Shown piece by piece: positions 17,118 through 26,711 of a stretch of 64,000 bases of DNA (within the stretch, counting starts at the first letter, position 1; every line of letters starts with the position of its first letter). Position numbers and translations under genes: made by a program. Below the pieces are notes generated by a model, which ran no database searches, was not told where the DNA came from, and saw nothing but the letters and a program-made list of their open reading frames with translations. Source of the stretch: Acidobacteriota bacterium. Its GTDB lineage: Bacteria > Acidobacteriota > Polarisedimenticolia > SMYD01. The stretch is taken from assembly GCA_046757965.1 (NCBI GenBank), contig JBHHZI010000002.1, forward strand, positions 2,253-66,252, written 5' to 3'.

Positions 17118-18554
17118 ATGACGTCCCAGGGCACGCCCAGCGCGCAGTATGCCATCACCATGCGTCTCGAGTATCCCCACGAGCCGGGATGGATCGCCAG
17201 GATCGCGGCGCTCATCGCCGGCGAGGGCGGCTCCATCGCCGCCATCGACCTGGTACACATCCAGCGCAAGAAGAGCCTGCGGGACTACACCATCGAGTGC
17301 ATCTCACCGGAGCAGGCGAACCGCATCCTGGTGGCCATCCGGGGGCTCGAGTCGGTGGAGGTGAAGTCCGTCTCGGACAACACCTTTCTCATGCACCTGG
17401 GCGGCAAGCTCGAGATCGCGTCGAAGGTGTCCCTGAAGACCCGTGCCGACCTCTCCATGGCCTACACGCCGGGTGTTGCTCGGGTCTGTTCGGCCATCGA
17501 GGCAGACCCGAGGGTGTCGTTCAACCTGACCATCCGCAAGAACTGCGTCGCGGTGATCTCGGACGGCAGTGCGGTGCTGGGGCTGGGCAACATCGGGCCC
17601 GAGGCCGCCATGCCCGTCATGGAGGGCAAGGCGATCCTCTTCAAGGAGTTCGGCGGCGTCGATGCCTTTCCCCTCTGTGTGGCGTCGCAGGATCCCGAGG
17701 AGATCATCCGGTTCTGCGAGATGGTGGCGCCGAGCTTCGGGGCGATCAACCTGGAGGACATCGCCGCGCCGCGCTGCGTCCAGATCGAGCAGGCGCTGAA
17801 GACGAAGCTCTCCATCCCGGCGTTTCACGACGACCAGCACGGCACGGCGGTCGTGGTGCTCGCCGGGGCGATCAATGCCTTCCGGTTCACCGGCAAGAAG
17901 CCGGAGGACGTCAAGCTGGTGGTGTCGGGGGCGGGAGCGGCCGGGATCGCCTGCACGAAGATGCTCGCGCAGCTCGGCGTGGCGGAGATCATCGTCTGCG
18001 ACCGCCACGGTGCCATCCATGCCGGCCGGGACGTCGGCGACAACCCGCTGAAGCAGTGGCTGGCCGCGGAGACCAACCCGAACCGGCTCACCGGGTCCCT
18101 GTCGGACGTCATCAGTGGGGCGGATATGTTCCTGGGCCTGTCGGCGCCGGGCCTGCTGGGACGCGAGGATGTGGCGAAGATGGCGCCTGATGCCATCGTC
18201 TTCGCCATGGCCAACCCGACGCCCGAGATCATGCCGGAAGAGGTCGAGGGGCTGTGTGCCGTGATGGCCACCGGCCGCAGTGACTATCCGAACCAGATCA
18301 ACAACGTGCTCGCCTTTCCCGGCATCTTCCGCGGCGCGCTCGATGCCCGGGCCAGCGACATCAACGAGACCATGAACCATGCCGCTGCCGAGGCGATCGC
18401 CGGTGTCATCTCCGAGGAGGAGCTGTGCGCCGAATACATCATCCCCGGCGTCTTCAACCGGAACGTGGCCAAGCGGGTGGCCCGCGCCGTCTTCCACGCC
18501 GCCCACACCAGCCACGTGGGGCACCGCACGCCGAAGGTGACCAGCCTGGGGTGA
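17118..18554 (+). CDS. NAD(P)-dependent malic enzyme with an N-terminal ACT-like regulatory domain.
   Basis: Malic-enzyme core motifs are present: LSMAYTPGVARVC, AVISDGSAVLGLGNIGP, the NAD-binding VVSGAGAAGIA, and NNVLAFPGIFRGALD. Confidence 0.8.
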   Translation: MTSQGTPSAQYAITMRLEYPHEPGWIARIAALIAGEGGSIAAIDLVHIQRKKSLRDYTIECISPEQANRILVAIRGLESVEVKSVSDNTFLMHLGGKLEIASKVSLKTRADLSMAYTPGVARVCSAIEADPRVSFNLTIRKNCVAVISDGSAVLGLGNIGPEAAMPVMEGKAILFKEFGGVDAFPLCVASQDPEEIIRFCEMVAPSFGAINLEDIAAPRCVQIEQALKTKLSIPAFHDDQHGTAVVVLAGAINAFRFTGKKPEDVKLVVSGAGAAGIACTKMLAQLGVAEIIVCDRHGAIHAGRDVGDNPLKQWLAAETNPNRLTGSLSDVISGADMFLGLSAPGLLGREDVAKMAPDAIVFAMANPTPEIMPEEVEGLCAVMATGRSDYPNQINNVLAFPGIFRGALDARASDINETMNHAAAEAIAGVISEEELCAEYIIPGVFNRNVAKRVARAVFHAAHTSHVGHRTPKVTSLG

Positions 18555-18575
18555 AACGGTCCCACGGTGCGGGGC

Positions 18576-20570
18576 TCACCTGGTGCGCACCTCGCCTGCC
18601 GTGGGGCCGGGATCCGGCTTCGGTCGACGCGAGACATTCAGCGCGATGATGGCCGCCAGCAGGAGGCCGCCGCCGAGCGCGAGGAGTGGCACGTCGACTC
18701 GACCGGCCGACCAGGTCGGCCCAGGAAAGAGGAGCAGGGCCGAGGCGAGGAAACAGCCGGCCCGTTCCATCGGACGCAGGGGCGCGATCAGGAAGCCCGC
18801 GATGCCGGCCGCGAACGGAACGATCCCCGCCACGGCCAGACCGACGGCGGCCACGACCGGCCCCGCCCCGGGCGGGCCCGCGCTGGCGTGGCCGGCCGCT
18901 TCGGGCGCGAGGAGAAGCAGCGCCGGGCGGAAGACGAACATGTACGGCAGGGTGAAGCCGACCAGGGCGAACCGGAACGCCGACAGCGAGGTGCGCACGA
19001 TGTTGGTGCCGGCGATCGACCCGGCCGTGTAGGCGGCCAGCGCCACGGGCGGTGTGACCATCGACATCATGCCGAAGTAGAAGATGAACAGGTGGGCCGC
19101 CAGGGGCACGATGCCGAGTCGACCGATCACCGGGCCGATGAGTGTGGCCATCAACAGGTAGCAGACCGCCGACGGCAGGCCCATCCCCAGGACGATGGAC
19201 GAGATCATGATGGCCACCAGGGCGAAGACGATGTTCTGCTGTGCCAGGGGGAGGAGCAGGGCGGGCAACCGTGTGCCGATGCCGGTGAGGGTCACCATGC
19301 CGAGCACGATGCCCACACAGGCGGCCGCGGCCACCAGCGGCACGGCGTCCGTCACCGTCTTGCGGACGACGGCGAGCAGATCGGCGGCGCCGAGGCGTGT
19401 GCGGGCATGCAGCAGGCTGATCCCGTACGCCACCGCCAGCGACAGGCTGACGGCGCGAAACGCCGAGTAGCCCAGCAGCAGAAAGAGGAGCAGGCCGGCG
19501 AAGGCGGCTGCGAACACCACGCCCTCGAAGCGGCGCACGGCGCCGGCCGGGACGGCGCCCGCCTGGCGGGGGCCGGCGGCGGCGCCGAAGCGGCGCGAGG
19601 TGAAGTGCACGATGAGCAGCAGAGAGAGGTAGTAGAGAGCGGCCGGCAGGATCGCCGCCTTGATGATCTGCAGGAAGGTCACCGGCGGGTCGATGATCTC
19701 CAGCATCATGTAGGCCCCGGCCCCCATGACCGGGGGCACGAGCGCGCCTCCGGAACTGGCGGCGGCCTCGATGCCCGCCGCCGTCTGGGCGCTGAAGCCG
19801 GCGCTGCGCATCATCGGGATCGTGAAGGTCCCGGTGGTTGCCGTGTTGGCGACGGCGCTTCCGGACAGCGATCCCATCAGGCCGCTGCTGAGCACCGCCA
19901 CCTTGGCCGGGCCTCCCGGACTCCGCGCGAATACCCGCCGGGCCACGTCGATGATGTAGCTAGTGGCGCCGGTGCGCGACAGGAAGACTCCCAGCAGTAC
20001 GAAGAGGAACACGTAGGTGAACATCACGCGCAGGGCGACGCTGAAGACACCCTGGCTGTGCAGAAAGGCCTGGGACACGATGCGCTCGACGGAATAGCCC
20101 CGGTGGGGGAGAAGCCACCCGGGCAACAGAGGTCCCGAGGCCGCGTAGAGGAGAAAGGCGCCGGCCAGGACGGGCAAGGCGAGTCCCAGGGTCCGCCGGG
20201 CGGCCTCCAGGACGAGCACCAGACCCACGATGCCGACCGCGATGTCTGCGCCGGTCTCCATCCCCGCCCGGTTCCCGAGGGAGGTGCTGCCGATCCAGAG
20301 GCGCGAGAACACCGGCTCGTTCTGCACGGCCACGAAACCACAGCAGCCGACCGCGAGCGTCACCAGCACGCCGTCGAGGCGGCGTGTCCAGCGGGAGGGA
20401 TCGCCGCGGCGAGCGGGAACCGTCAGGAAGCACAGGGTCAGGCCCAGCAAGGCGAAGAGGGCGAGCTGGGTCTGCGGCGTCAGGGTCGGGTGGTTCACCT
20501 CGACCAGAACCAGCCCCGCCAGGCCGATCGACAGGGCGGAGATCCCCACCCTCCGCACGGATCCGGCCAT
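18576..20570 (-). CDS. TRAP transporter fused permease (TAXI-type 4TM/12TM fusion).
   Basis: The 664-aa ORF has more than 16 hydrophobic helices and DctM-like segments. It is coupled to the upstream TAXI substrate-binding protein gene by a 1-bp overlap. Confidence 0.7.
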   Translation of the reverse strand: MAGSVRRVGISALSIGLAGLVLVEVNHPTLTPQTQLALFALLGLTLCFLTVPARRGDPSRWTRRLDGVLVTLAVGCCGFVAVQNEPVFSRLWIGSTSLGNRAGMETGADIAVGIVGLVLVLEAARRTLGLALPVLAGAFLLYAASGPLLPGWLLPHRGYSVERIVSQAFLHSQGVFSVALRVMFTYVFLFVLLGVFLSRTGATSYIIDVARRVFARSPGGPAKVAVLSSGLMGSLSGSAVANTATTGTFTIPMMRSAGFSAQTAAGIEAAASSGGALVPPVMGAGAYMMLEIIDPPVTFLQIIKAAILPAALYYLSLLLIVHFTSRRFGAAAGPRQAGAVPAGAVRRFEGVVFAAAFAGLLLFLLLGYSAFRAVSLSLAVAYGISLLHARTRLGAADLLAVVRKTVTDAVPLVAAAACVGIVLGMVTLTGIGTRLPALLLPLAQQNIVFALVAIMISSIVLGMGLPSAVCYLLMATLIGPVIGRLGIVPLAAHLFIFYFGMMSMVTPPVALAAYTAGSIAGTNIVRTSLSAFRFALVGFTLPYMFVFRPALLLLAPEAAGHASAGPPGAGPVVAAVGLAVAGIVPFAAGIAGFLIAPLRPMERAGCFLASALLLFPGPTWSAGRVDVPLLALGGGLLLAAIIALNVSRRPKPDPGPTAGEVRTR

Positions 20571-21577
20571 CAGGAGTCCGTCGCCGCTGCCTCCGGCCAG
20601 ACGCCGATCTCCCGGTAGTAACGCTCGGCGCCCGGATGGAACGGGATGCCGGTGTTGCGCGCGGCGTTCCTCGCGTTGATGGCCCGGCCCGCCGGATGCT
20701 TCTCCACCACCTGTGCCCGGTTCTCGTACAGCGCGCGCGTCAGCGCATAGATCAGGTTCTCGTCGGCGTCGGCCGACGTGATCAGGTGCATCGAGCCGAC
20801 GTCCAGCCCGCTGAACGGTTCATCCTGTCCTCTGTACGTTCCCGCCGGTACGGTCGCCGGGCGGAAGAAGACGTAGCGGGCGGTGAGCTGGTCGATGGCA
20901 TCGCGGTCGAAGGGGACGAAGCGCACGTCCTGCCCGGCGGTCGCCTGCGTGATGGATGCGGTGGGGATGGCCCCGCCGAGGAACGCCGCGGCGGCCGAGC
21001 CGTCCGCGAGCATGTCCACGGCGCCGGCCTGCGTGTTGTGGAGCGGCGTGAAGTCATCGTAGGTCAGGCCGTGGGCCGCGAGGAGCGGGCCGAGAAACGC
21101 CTCGAAGCCGGCGCCCGCCGGTCCGACGACCACCCGGCGCCCGGCGAGGTCGCGGATGGTGTGCACGTCCCCGCCGGCCGGGGCGATGAACAGGGCCACG
21201 TTCGGGGCCAGCGTCATGACCGCACGCACCGGATGCTTCTTCTTCCATGGCGCGTCGCCGCGGACCGCGAAGTAGCTGATGGCGGAGTTGGCGAGGGCGA
21301 GATCCAGCTCGCCGGCAACCAGACGCCGGATGTTCTCCTGCGATCCCTTGGTCGCCTCGGCTGTCACCGACCACCCGGCGCCGGGCGTGGCATCCAGCAC
21401 CTCGCTGATGGCGCCGCCGACGACGAAGAACGCCCCTCCCGGTGGGGCCGTGCCCACGCTGAGGAACCGTCGTCCGGCATCCTCTCCGCCCTGCTGCGAG
21501 GCCGGGCCGCAGGCCGGCAGCATCAACACCGCCAGTGCGATGCCGGCCAGCCAGAAGTGACGGGTGGTGCGAGACAT
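20570..21577 (-). CDS. TAXI-family TRAP transporter solute-binding protein, lipoprotein.
   Basis: It has a signal plus lipobox (LMLPACGP). The fold is TAXI-like (RFLSVGTAPPGGAFFVVGGAISEVL ... IPFHPGAERYYRE). Confidence 0.75.
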   Translation of the reverse strand: MSRTTRHFWLAGIALAVLMLPACGPASQQGGEDAGRRFLSVGTAPPGGAFFVVGGAISEVLDATPGAGWSVTAEATKGSQENIRRLVAGELDLALANSAISYFAVRGDAPWKKKHPVRAVMTLAPNVALFIAPAGGDVHTIRDLAGRRVVVGPAGAGFEAFLGPLLAAHGLTYDDFTPLHNTQAGAVDMLADGSAAAAFLGGAIPTASITQATAGQDVRFVPFDRDAIDQLTARYVFFRPATVPAGTYRGQDEPFSGLDVGSMHLITSADADENLIYALTRALYENRAQVVEKHPAGRAINARNAARNTGIPFHPGAERYYREIGVWPEAAATDS

Positions 21578-21664
21578 GTTCTCTCCGGACGATCGTGCGG
21601 GACGGATAAGAGGCCATCAGGCTAGAGGCCGGGGTGGGTGCTGTCAACGGCACCTCCTTGGACC

Positions 21665-21700
21665 GGTTACGGCGTTTTACCCGGTTTACAAGACTTTACA
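21665..21700. promoter_or_regulatory. Four helically phased TTAC/TTTAC direct repeats in the divergent TRAP/PQQ-cluster intergenic region.
   Basis: The sequence ggTTACggcgtTTTACccggTTTACaagacTTTACagg has 9-10-bp spacing, reminiscent of OmpR/PhoB-type direct-repeat operators. Confidence 0.3.
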
Positions 21701-21910
21701 GGCACGAGGGACGCGCTGGCCGGACGCTGTTGTAACGTTCGCCGGCACCGACCCGGTCCGACCTGGGCTGTAGTAAAGTGTTGCGCTGAAATGGCGTTAG
21801 TCCGTCGTTGCGCGCCCGTGGGTCGGGTGGGCGTCTGACGTGCCGGTCACGCGCGCCCGCGCAGGCGCGACCGGCGGGGTCCGGAGATCCGAGACGGAGA
21901 GGTGAGAGGA

Positions 21911-24124
21911 ATGAAGAGAGTGTCTTGCGTGGCAACGGCAGTCCGCTGCGTTGTCGTGGCCGGTCTTCTTCTGGTGTCCGGGGCCATCACGCCCGCGTCC
22001 GACTGGCCGAACTGGAGAGGGCCGCACCTGGATGGCGTTTCTGACGAGACCGGTCTGATCTCGTCCTGGTCACCCGAGGGCGAGCATGTGCTGTGGCACG
22101 CTGATTTCGTCGGGCGTTCCACACCTGTGGTCGTCGATGGACGGGCCTGCGTCATCGGGCGCACGGGCGAGGGCATCACTCGACAGGAGATCGTCGCCTG
22201 CTACGACGCCGCGGACGGCACGCTGCTCTGGGAGTACCGGTTCGACGTCTATCACACGACGGTGCCCTTCAATCGGGTCGGCTGGGCCTCGCTGGTGGCC
22301 GACCCCGACACGGGCAATGTCTACGCCCACGGGGTGGCCGGCCAGCTCATCGCATTCGCGCCGGACGGCGCGGTGGTCTGGTCGCACTTTCTGGCCGAGG
22401 AATTCGGACATCTCTCCGGCTACGGCGGCCGGACCCAGACGCCGATCATCGTCCATGACCAGGTGCTGATCAGCTTCATCAGTGCGGGCTGGGGCGACCA
22501 GGCGGCCCCACGCCACCGGTACTTCAGCTTCGACAAGCGCACCGGCGATCTGGTCTGGTCCGCCACGCCGGGGACCATGCCCTTCGACTTCAATACCCAG
22601 TCGATGCCGGTCCTGGCGACCATCAAGGGACGGGAGATGATCGTCACCGGCAACGGCGATGGCAGGATCTACGCCCTGGATGCCGTCACCGGCGACAAGA
22701 TCTGGGAGTTTGCCCTCGGCAAGCGCGGGCTCAACAGCACGGTGCTGGTGCACGGCGACCGGGTCTATGCCGGGCACAGCGAGGAGAACATCGACGATTC
22801 CGTCATGGGCCGGCTGGTCTGCATCGATGCGACCGGCCACGGTGACGTGACGCGCAGCCACGAGGTCTGGCGCATCGACGAGCTGATGGAAGGATTTCCG
22901 TCTCCGATCTACAAGAACGGGCGCCTCTACGTCGTGGACAACTCGGCCAACCTGCACAGCATCGACGCGGCCACCGGGAAGGAGTTCTGGACCACCAGTC
23001 TGGGCACGGTGGGCAAGGGGTCGCCGGTGTGGGCCGATGGCAAGATCTACGTGACAGAGGTGAACGGCCGCTTCCACATCCTGCGGCCCGGACCCGATGG
23101 CGTCGAGAAACTCGATGACGATTTCATCGGCGTGCCCGGCGGCAGGCACGCCGAGATCTACGGATCCCCCGCCATCGCCCATGGCCGCATCTACTTCGCC
23201 ACCGAGAACGGTGTGTACTGTCTGGGCACCCAGAATCATCCCGTTGAGAACTCTCCCCGGCGCACCGCGCGCGTGGCCCGGTTTGCCGGAACCGGTGACC
23301 CGGCGGTGGTCCAGGTGGTGCCGGCCGAGATCCTGATCCATCCGGGGGAGACCATCGACCTGGGGGTTCGCGTGCTGGACAGGGCGGGCCATCCGCTGCC
23401 GGCCGGCAAGGTGAACTGGAGTCTCGACGGTGTCAAGGGGCGCGTCGGTGCCGACGGCCGGTTCACGGCCGATGCCGGCGTGAAGACCCAGACGGGAGCC
23501 GTCGCCGCCCGGGTGGGAGAGATCTCCGGCAAGAGCCGGGTCCGTGTGATCAGTCCCTTGCCCTGGCAGATCGATTTCGACACCCTGGATGTGGGAGTCA
23601 CACCGGCCACCTGGATCGGCGCGAAGGGCAAGTTCGTGGTCTTCGACCTCGACGGGAACAAGGTGCTGCGCAAGGCGCCGCGGGCTCGCGGGCTCAACCG
23701 CAGCGCTCTGTACATGGGGCCGACCGAGCTGACCGGCTACACGATCGCCGCCGATGTGAGGGGCAGCCGGCAAGGCCGGCGGTTTGCCGATGTCGGGGTC
23801 ATCAACGCCGGCTACACACTGGATCTGCAGGGGGCCCACCAGAAGATCCAGGTCCGCTCGTGGGCGTCGGTCCTGCGCATGGCGAAGGAGGTGAAGTTCT
23901 CCTGGCAACCGGACACGTGGTACCGGATGAAGCTGCGTGTCGACAGGCACGACGGCAAGGCGCTGGTGCGGGGCAAGGTCTGGCCCCGGGACGCGGCCGA
24001 GCCGGCCGAATGGACGATCTCTGTGGATGACCCGGTACCGGTGGAGAGTGGCAGTCCGGGCCTTGTGGCCTACACGCCGGTGGATGCGTACTACGACAAC
24101 ATTTCCGTGACGGTGAACCCTTGA
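21911..24124 (+). CDS. Secreted PQQ-like (BamB-type) beta-propeller repeat protein with a C-terminal Ig-like plus LamG/DUF1080-like extension.
   Basis: It has a signal peptide. The motif DWPNWRGPHLDGVS followed by repeated blades (..G.LLWEY.., ..GDLVWSA.., ..GDKIWEF..) is typical of the PQQ-like repeat family (PF13360). The C-terminal region of about 300 aa is a jellyroll-like extension. The GGAGAGG ribosome-binding site precedes ATG 21911. The listed ORF starts at GTG 21902. Confidence 0.65.
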   Translation: MKRVSCVATAVRCVVVAGLLLVSGAITPASDWPNWRGPHLDGVSDETGLISSWSPEGEHVLWHADFVGRSTPVVVDGRACVIGRTGEGITRQEIVACYDAADGTLLWEYRFDVYHTTVPFNRVGWASLVADPDTGNVYAHGVAGQLIAFAPDGAVVWSHFLAEEFGHLSGYGGRTQTPIIVHDQVLISFISAGWGDQAAPRHRYFSFDKRTGDLVWSATPGTMPFDFNTQSMPVLATIKGREMIVTGNGDGRIYALDAVTGDKIWEFALGKRGLNSTVLVHGDRVYAGHSEENIDDSVMGRLVCIDATGHGDVTRSHEVWRIDELMEGFPSPIYKNGRLYVVDNSANLHSIDAATGKEFWTTSLGTVGKGSPVWADGKIYVTEVNGRFHILRPGPDGVEKLDDDFIGVPGGRHAEIYGSPAIAHGRIYFATENGVYCLGTQNHPVENSPRRTARVARFAGTGDPAVVQVVPAEILIHPGETIDLGVRVLDRAGHPLPAGKVNWSLDGVKGRVGADGRFTADAGVKTQTGAVAARVGEISGKSRVRVISPLPWQIDFDTLDVGVTPATWIGAKGKFVVFDLDGNKVLRKAPRARGLNRSALYMGPTELTGYTIAADVRGSRQGRRFADVGVINAGYTLDLQGAHQKIQVRSWASVLRMAKEVKFSWQPDTWYRMKLRVDRHDGKALVRGKVWPRDAAEPAEWTISVDDPVPVESGSPGLVAYTPVDAYYDNISVTVNP

Positions 24125-25596
24125 AGACAACGCAGATCGCACTGGCGGCGGTGACCATCGTGATGGCGGGCGGCATCCTGGCGCCCGCGGGGCAGGCCGG
24201 AGAGACGGCCGTGATGTTCGGCAACACGCCACAGCGCAACATGGTCTCAGCGGAGACCGGTCTCCCCGATCACTGGAACGTCGAATCCGGCGCCAACATC
24301 CTGTGGTCGGCGGAACTCGGCTCCCAGACCTACGCCGGGCCGGTGGTCTCCGACGGCCGGGTCTATGTCGGGACCAACAACCAGCGGCTGTACAATCCGA
24401 AGCTGAAGGGCGATCGGGGCAACATCATCGCCTTCGATGCGGCCACCGGGAAACTCATCTGGCAGGCGGCCCATGCCAAGCTCGGGGCCGGGCGCGTCAA
24501 TGACTGGCCCCTGCAGGGCATCTGTTCCACGCCGGCGGTCGATGGCAACCGCATCTACTATGTCTCCAATCGCGCCGAGGTGGTCTGCGCCGACACCGAG
24601 GGGTTTCGCGATGGTGAGAACGACGGACCGTTCACGTCCGAGACGGCGAAGGACGACATCGATGAGGATGTTGTCTGGAAGCTGGACATGATCGGTGAGC
24701 TGGATGTCTTCCCCCACAACCTGGCCGCCGGCAGCCCGCTGATCGTCGGGGACATGCTCTACACCATCACCGGCCAGGGGGTCGACGAGGGGCACGTGAA
24801 CATCCCGTTCCCCACAGCGCCCAGTTTTCTGGCCATCAACCGGAACACCGGCAAGGTCGTGTGGGAAAGCTCCGCCCCCGGCGACGAGGTGCTGCACGGC
24901 AGCTGGTCGAACCCGTCGTATGCGGTGGTCAACGGCAAGCCCCAGGTGCTGTTTCCCGGTGGCAACGGCTGGCTGTACGCGTTCGAGCCTTCGACCGGCA
25001 AGCTCATCTGGAAGTTCGATCTCAACCCGAAGGACTCGGTCTGGGAACTGGGCGGCTCGGGCACGCGCAACAACGTCATCTCCACCGCGGTCGTCGTGGA
25101 CGGTGTGGCCTACATCGGTGTCGGTCAGGATCCGGAACATGGCGAGGCTCCGGGCAACTTCTGGGCCATCGATGCCACCCAGGAGGGCGATGTCACCGGG
25201 AAGGGGATGGTCTGGCACCGGGGCGGCGAGGACTTCCACCGGACCCTGTCGACCGCCTCGGTATCCGATGGCCTTCTCTACATCGCCGATCTGAGTGGGT
25301 TCGTCTACTGCCTGGATGCGAAGACGGGTGAGCTCTACTGGAAGTACGACGCGTTCGCCGCCATCTGGGGCTCGACGTTCGTCGCTGACGGCAAGGTCTA
25401 CATCGGGGACGAGGATGGCGACATCGCGGTCTTGAAGGCGGGCAAGAAACTCGAGCTGATCAACGAGATGAACATGGGCACGGCGGTCTACACGACGCCG
25501 GTGGCTCACGACGGTGTCCTCTACGTGGCGAGCCGCAACCGGCTGTTCGCCATTGCCGCCGGCCACGATGCAGAGAAGGGTGCCGGCGGCTCGTGA
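24121..25596 (+). CDS. Secreted PQQ-like beta-propeller repeat protein (second).
   Basis: It has a signal peptide and blade repeats (GKLIWQA, GKVVWES, GKLIWKF, GELYWKY). The TTG start overlaps the upstream stop. Confidence 0.65.
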   Translation: MKTTQIALAAVTIVMAGGILAPAGQAGETAVMFGNTPQRNMVSAETGLPDHWNVESGANILWSAELGSQTYAGPVVSDGRVYVGTNNQRLYNPKLKGDRGNIIAFDAATGKLIWQAAHAKLGAGRVNDWPLQGICSTPAVDGNRIYYVSNRAEVVCADTEGFRDGENDGPFTSETAKDDIDEDVVWKLDMIGELDVFPHNLAAGSPLIVGDMLYTITGQGVDEGHVNIPFPTAPSFLAINRNTGKVVWESSAPGDEVLHGSWSNPSYAVVNGKPQVLFPGGNGWLYAFEPSTGKLIWKFDLNPKDSVWELGGSGTRNNVISTAVVVDGVAYIGVGQDPEHGEAPGNFWAIDATQEGDVTGKGMVWHRGGEDFHRTLSTASVSDGLLYIADLSGFVYCLDAKTGELYWKYDAFAAIWGSTFVADGKVYIGDEDGDIAVLKAGKKLELINEMNMGTAVYTTPVAHDGVLYVASRNRLFAIAAGHDAEKGAGGS

Positions 25597-26711
25597 CCAT
25601 GACGCCAGACGGCGGCACACGGAACGCAGGCCGCGATTCCGGCATGGCGGCCCGGGTCGCGGAGGCGCGGGCGCGCGTCGACGCTCATGTGCGGGACATC
25701 GTGCAGTGGCATTTCGATCCGGCGACCGGCTGTCCGTTCTGGCTCGAGCGCGCGAAGAGTCTGGACTTCGATCCCCGCGAGCAGGTGAAGGGCTACGCGG
25801 ACCTCGCACTGTTCGGTCATTTTCAGGACGAATGGCTGCGCGGTGGTCCGGTGCGGCGCTGGGTCCCGCAGGGGCTGGCCGACCGTCCGGTTTACGTGTT
25901 CGAGACCGGCGGCTCCACCGGCGTGCCGAAATCACGCATCAACATCGAGGACTTCAACAGGGACTACGAGATCTTCGGCGATGCCCTCTCCGACGACGGT
26001 TTCCCGCCGGGCAGCGACTGGCTGATGCTCGGGCCCACCGGCCCCCGCCGCCTGCGGCTGGCGGTGGAGCACCTGGCCCACCACCGGGGAGGGATCTGCT
26101 TCTTCGTCGATCTCGATCCCCGCTGGGTGAGCAAGCTGGTCCGCGCCCGCCGGTTCGCGGAGATGGAGGCGTACAGGAACCACGTCATCGATCAGGCTCT
26201 CACGGTGCTCAGGGCGCACGATTCCATCCGGTGTCTGTTCACCACGCCGAAGCTGCTGTCGGCCCTGTGCGAGAAGATCTCCATCGAGAAGGCGGGTATC
26301 ACGGGTGTGTTCTGCGGCGGCACCGAGATGACCGCCCAGTTCAACCGGCTGGTGCGGGAGGAGCTGGCGCCGGGCGTCGATTTCGTGCCGACCTACGGCA
26401 ACACCCTCATGGGCCTGGCGATGCCGGGGCCGTTCGACCCCGCCGATGACTACGCCATCACCTACTACCCGCCCGTGCCACGAGCGGTGTTCGAGCTGGT
26501 CGATCCCGACAACCCGGCCGTGTCGGTCGACTACGGGGAGACGGGCCGCGTGATGCTGACGACCTTGACCCGCGAGTTCTTCATGCCGCGCTTTCTCGAG
26601 CGGGATGAGGGGGTCCGTGCCCGCCCGTGCGAGAGATTCCCGTGGGACGGGGTCACCAATCTCGGCCTCCTGTCGTCCCTGCAGGCGTCGGTGGCGGTCG
26701 GGGTGTACTGA
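25593..26711 (+). CDS. LuxE-like acyl-protein synthetase / adenylate-forming enzyme (PaaK-like fold).
   Basis: The 372-aa length is LuxE-like. A P-loop FETGGSTGVPK is present. A Cys near the C-terminus (RPCERFPW) sits where LuxE carries its acylated Cys. The gene is coupled to a LuxC-like reductase gene. Confidence 0.5.
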   Translation: MTMTPDGGTRNAGRDSGMAARVAEARARVDAHVRDIVQWHFDPATGCPFWLERAKSLDFDPREQVKGYADLALFGHFQDEWLRGGPVRRWVPQGLADRPVYVFETGGSTGVPKSRINIEDFNRDYEIFGDALSDDGFPPGSDWLMLGPTGPRRLRLAVEHLAHHRGGICFFVDLDPRWVSKLVRARRFAEMEAYRNHVIDQALTVLRAHDSIRCLFTTPKLLSALCEKISIEKAGITGVFCGGTEMTAQFNRLVREELAPGVDFVPTYGNTLMGLAMPGPFDPADDYAITYYPPVPRAVFELVDPDNPAVSVDYGETGRVMLTTLTREFFMPRFLERDEGVRARPCERFPWDGVTNLGLLSSLQASVAVGVY

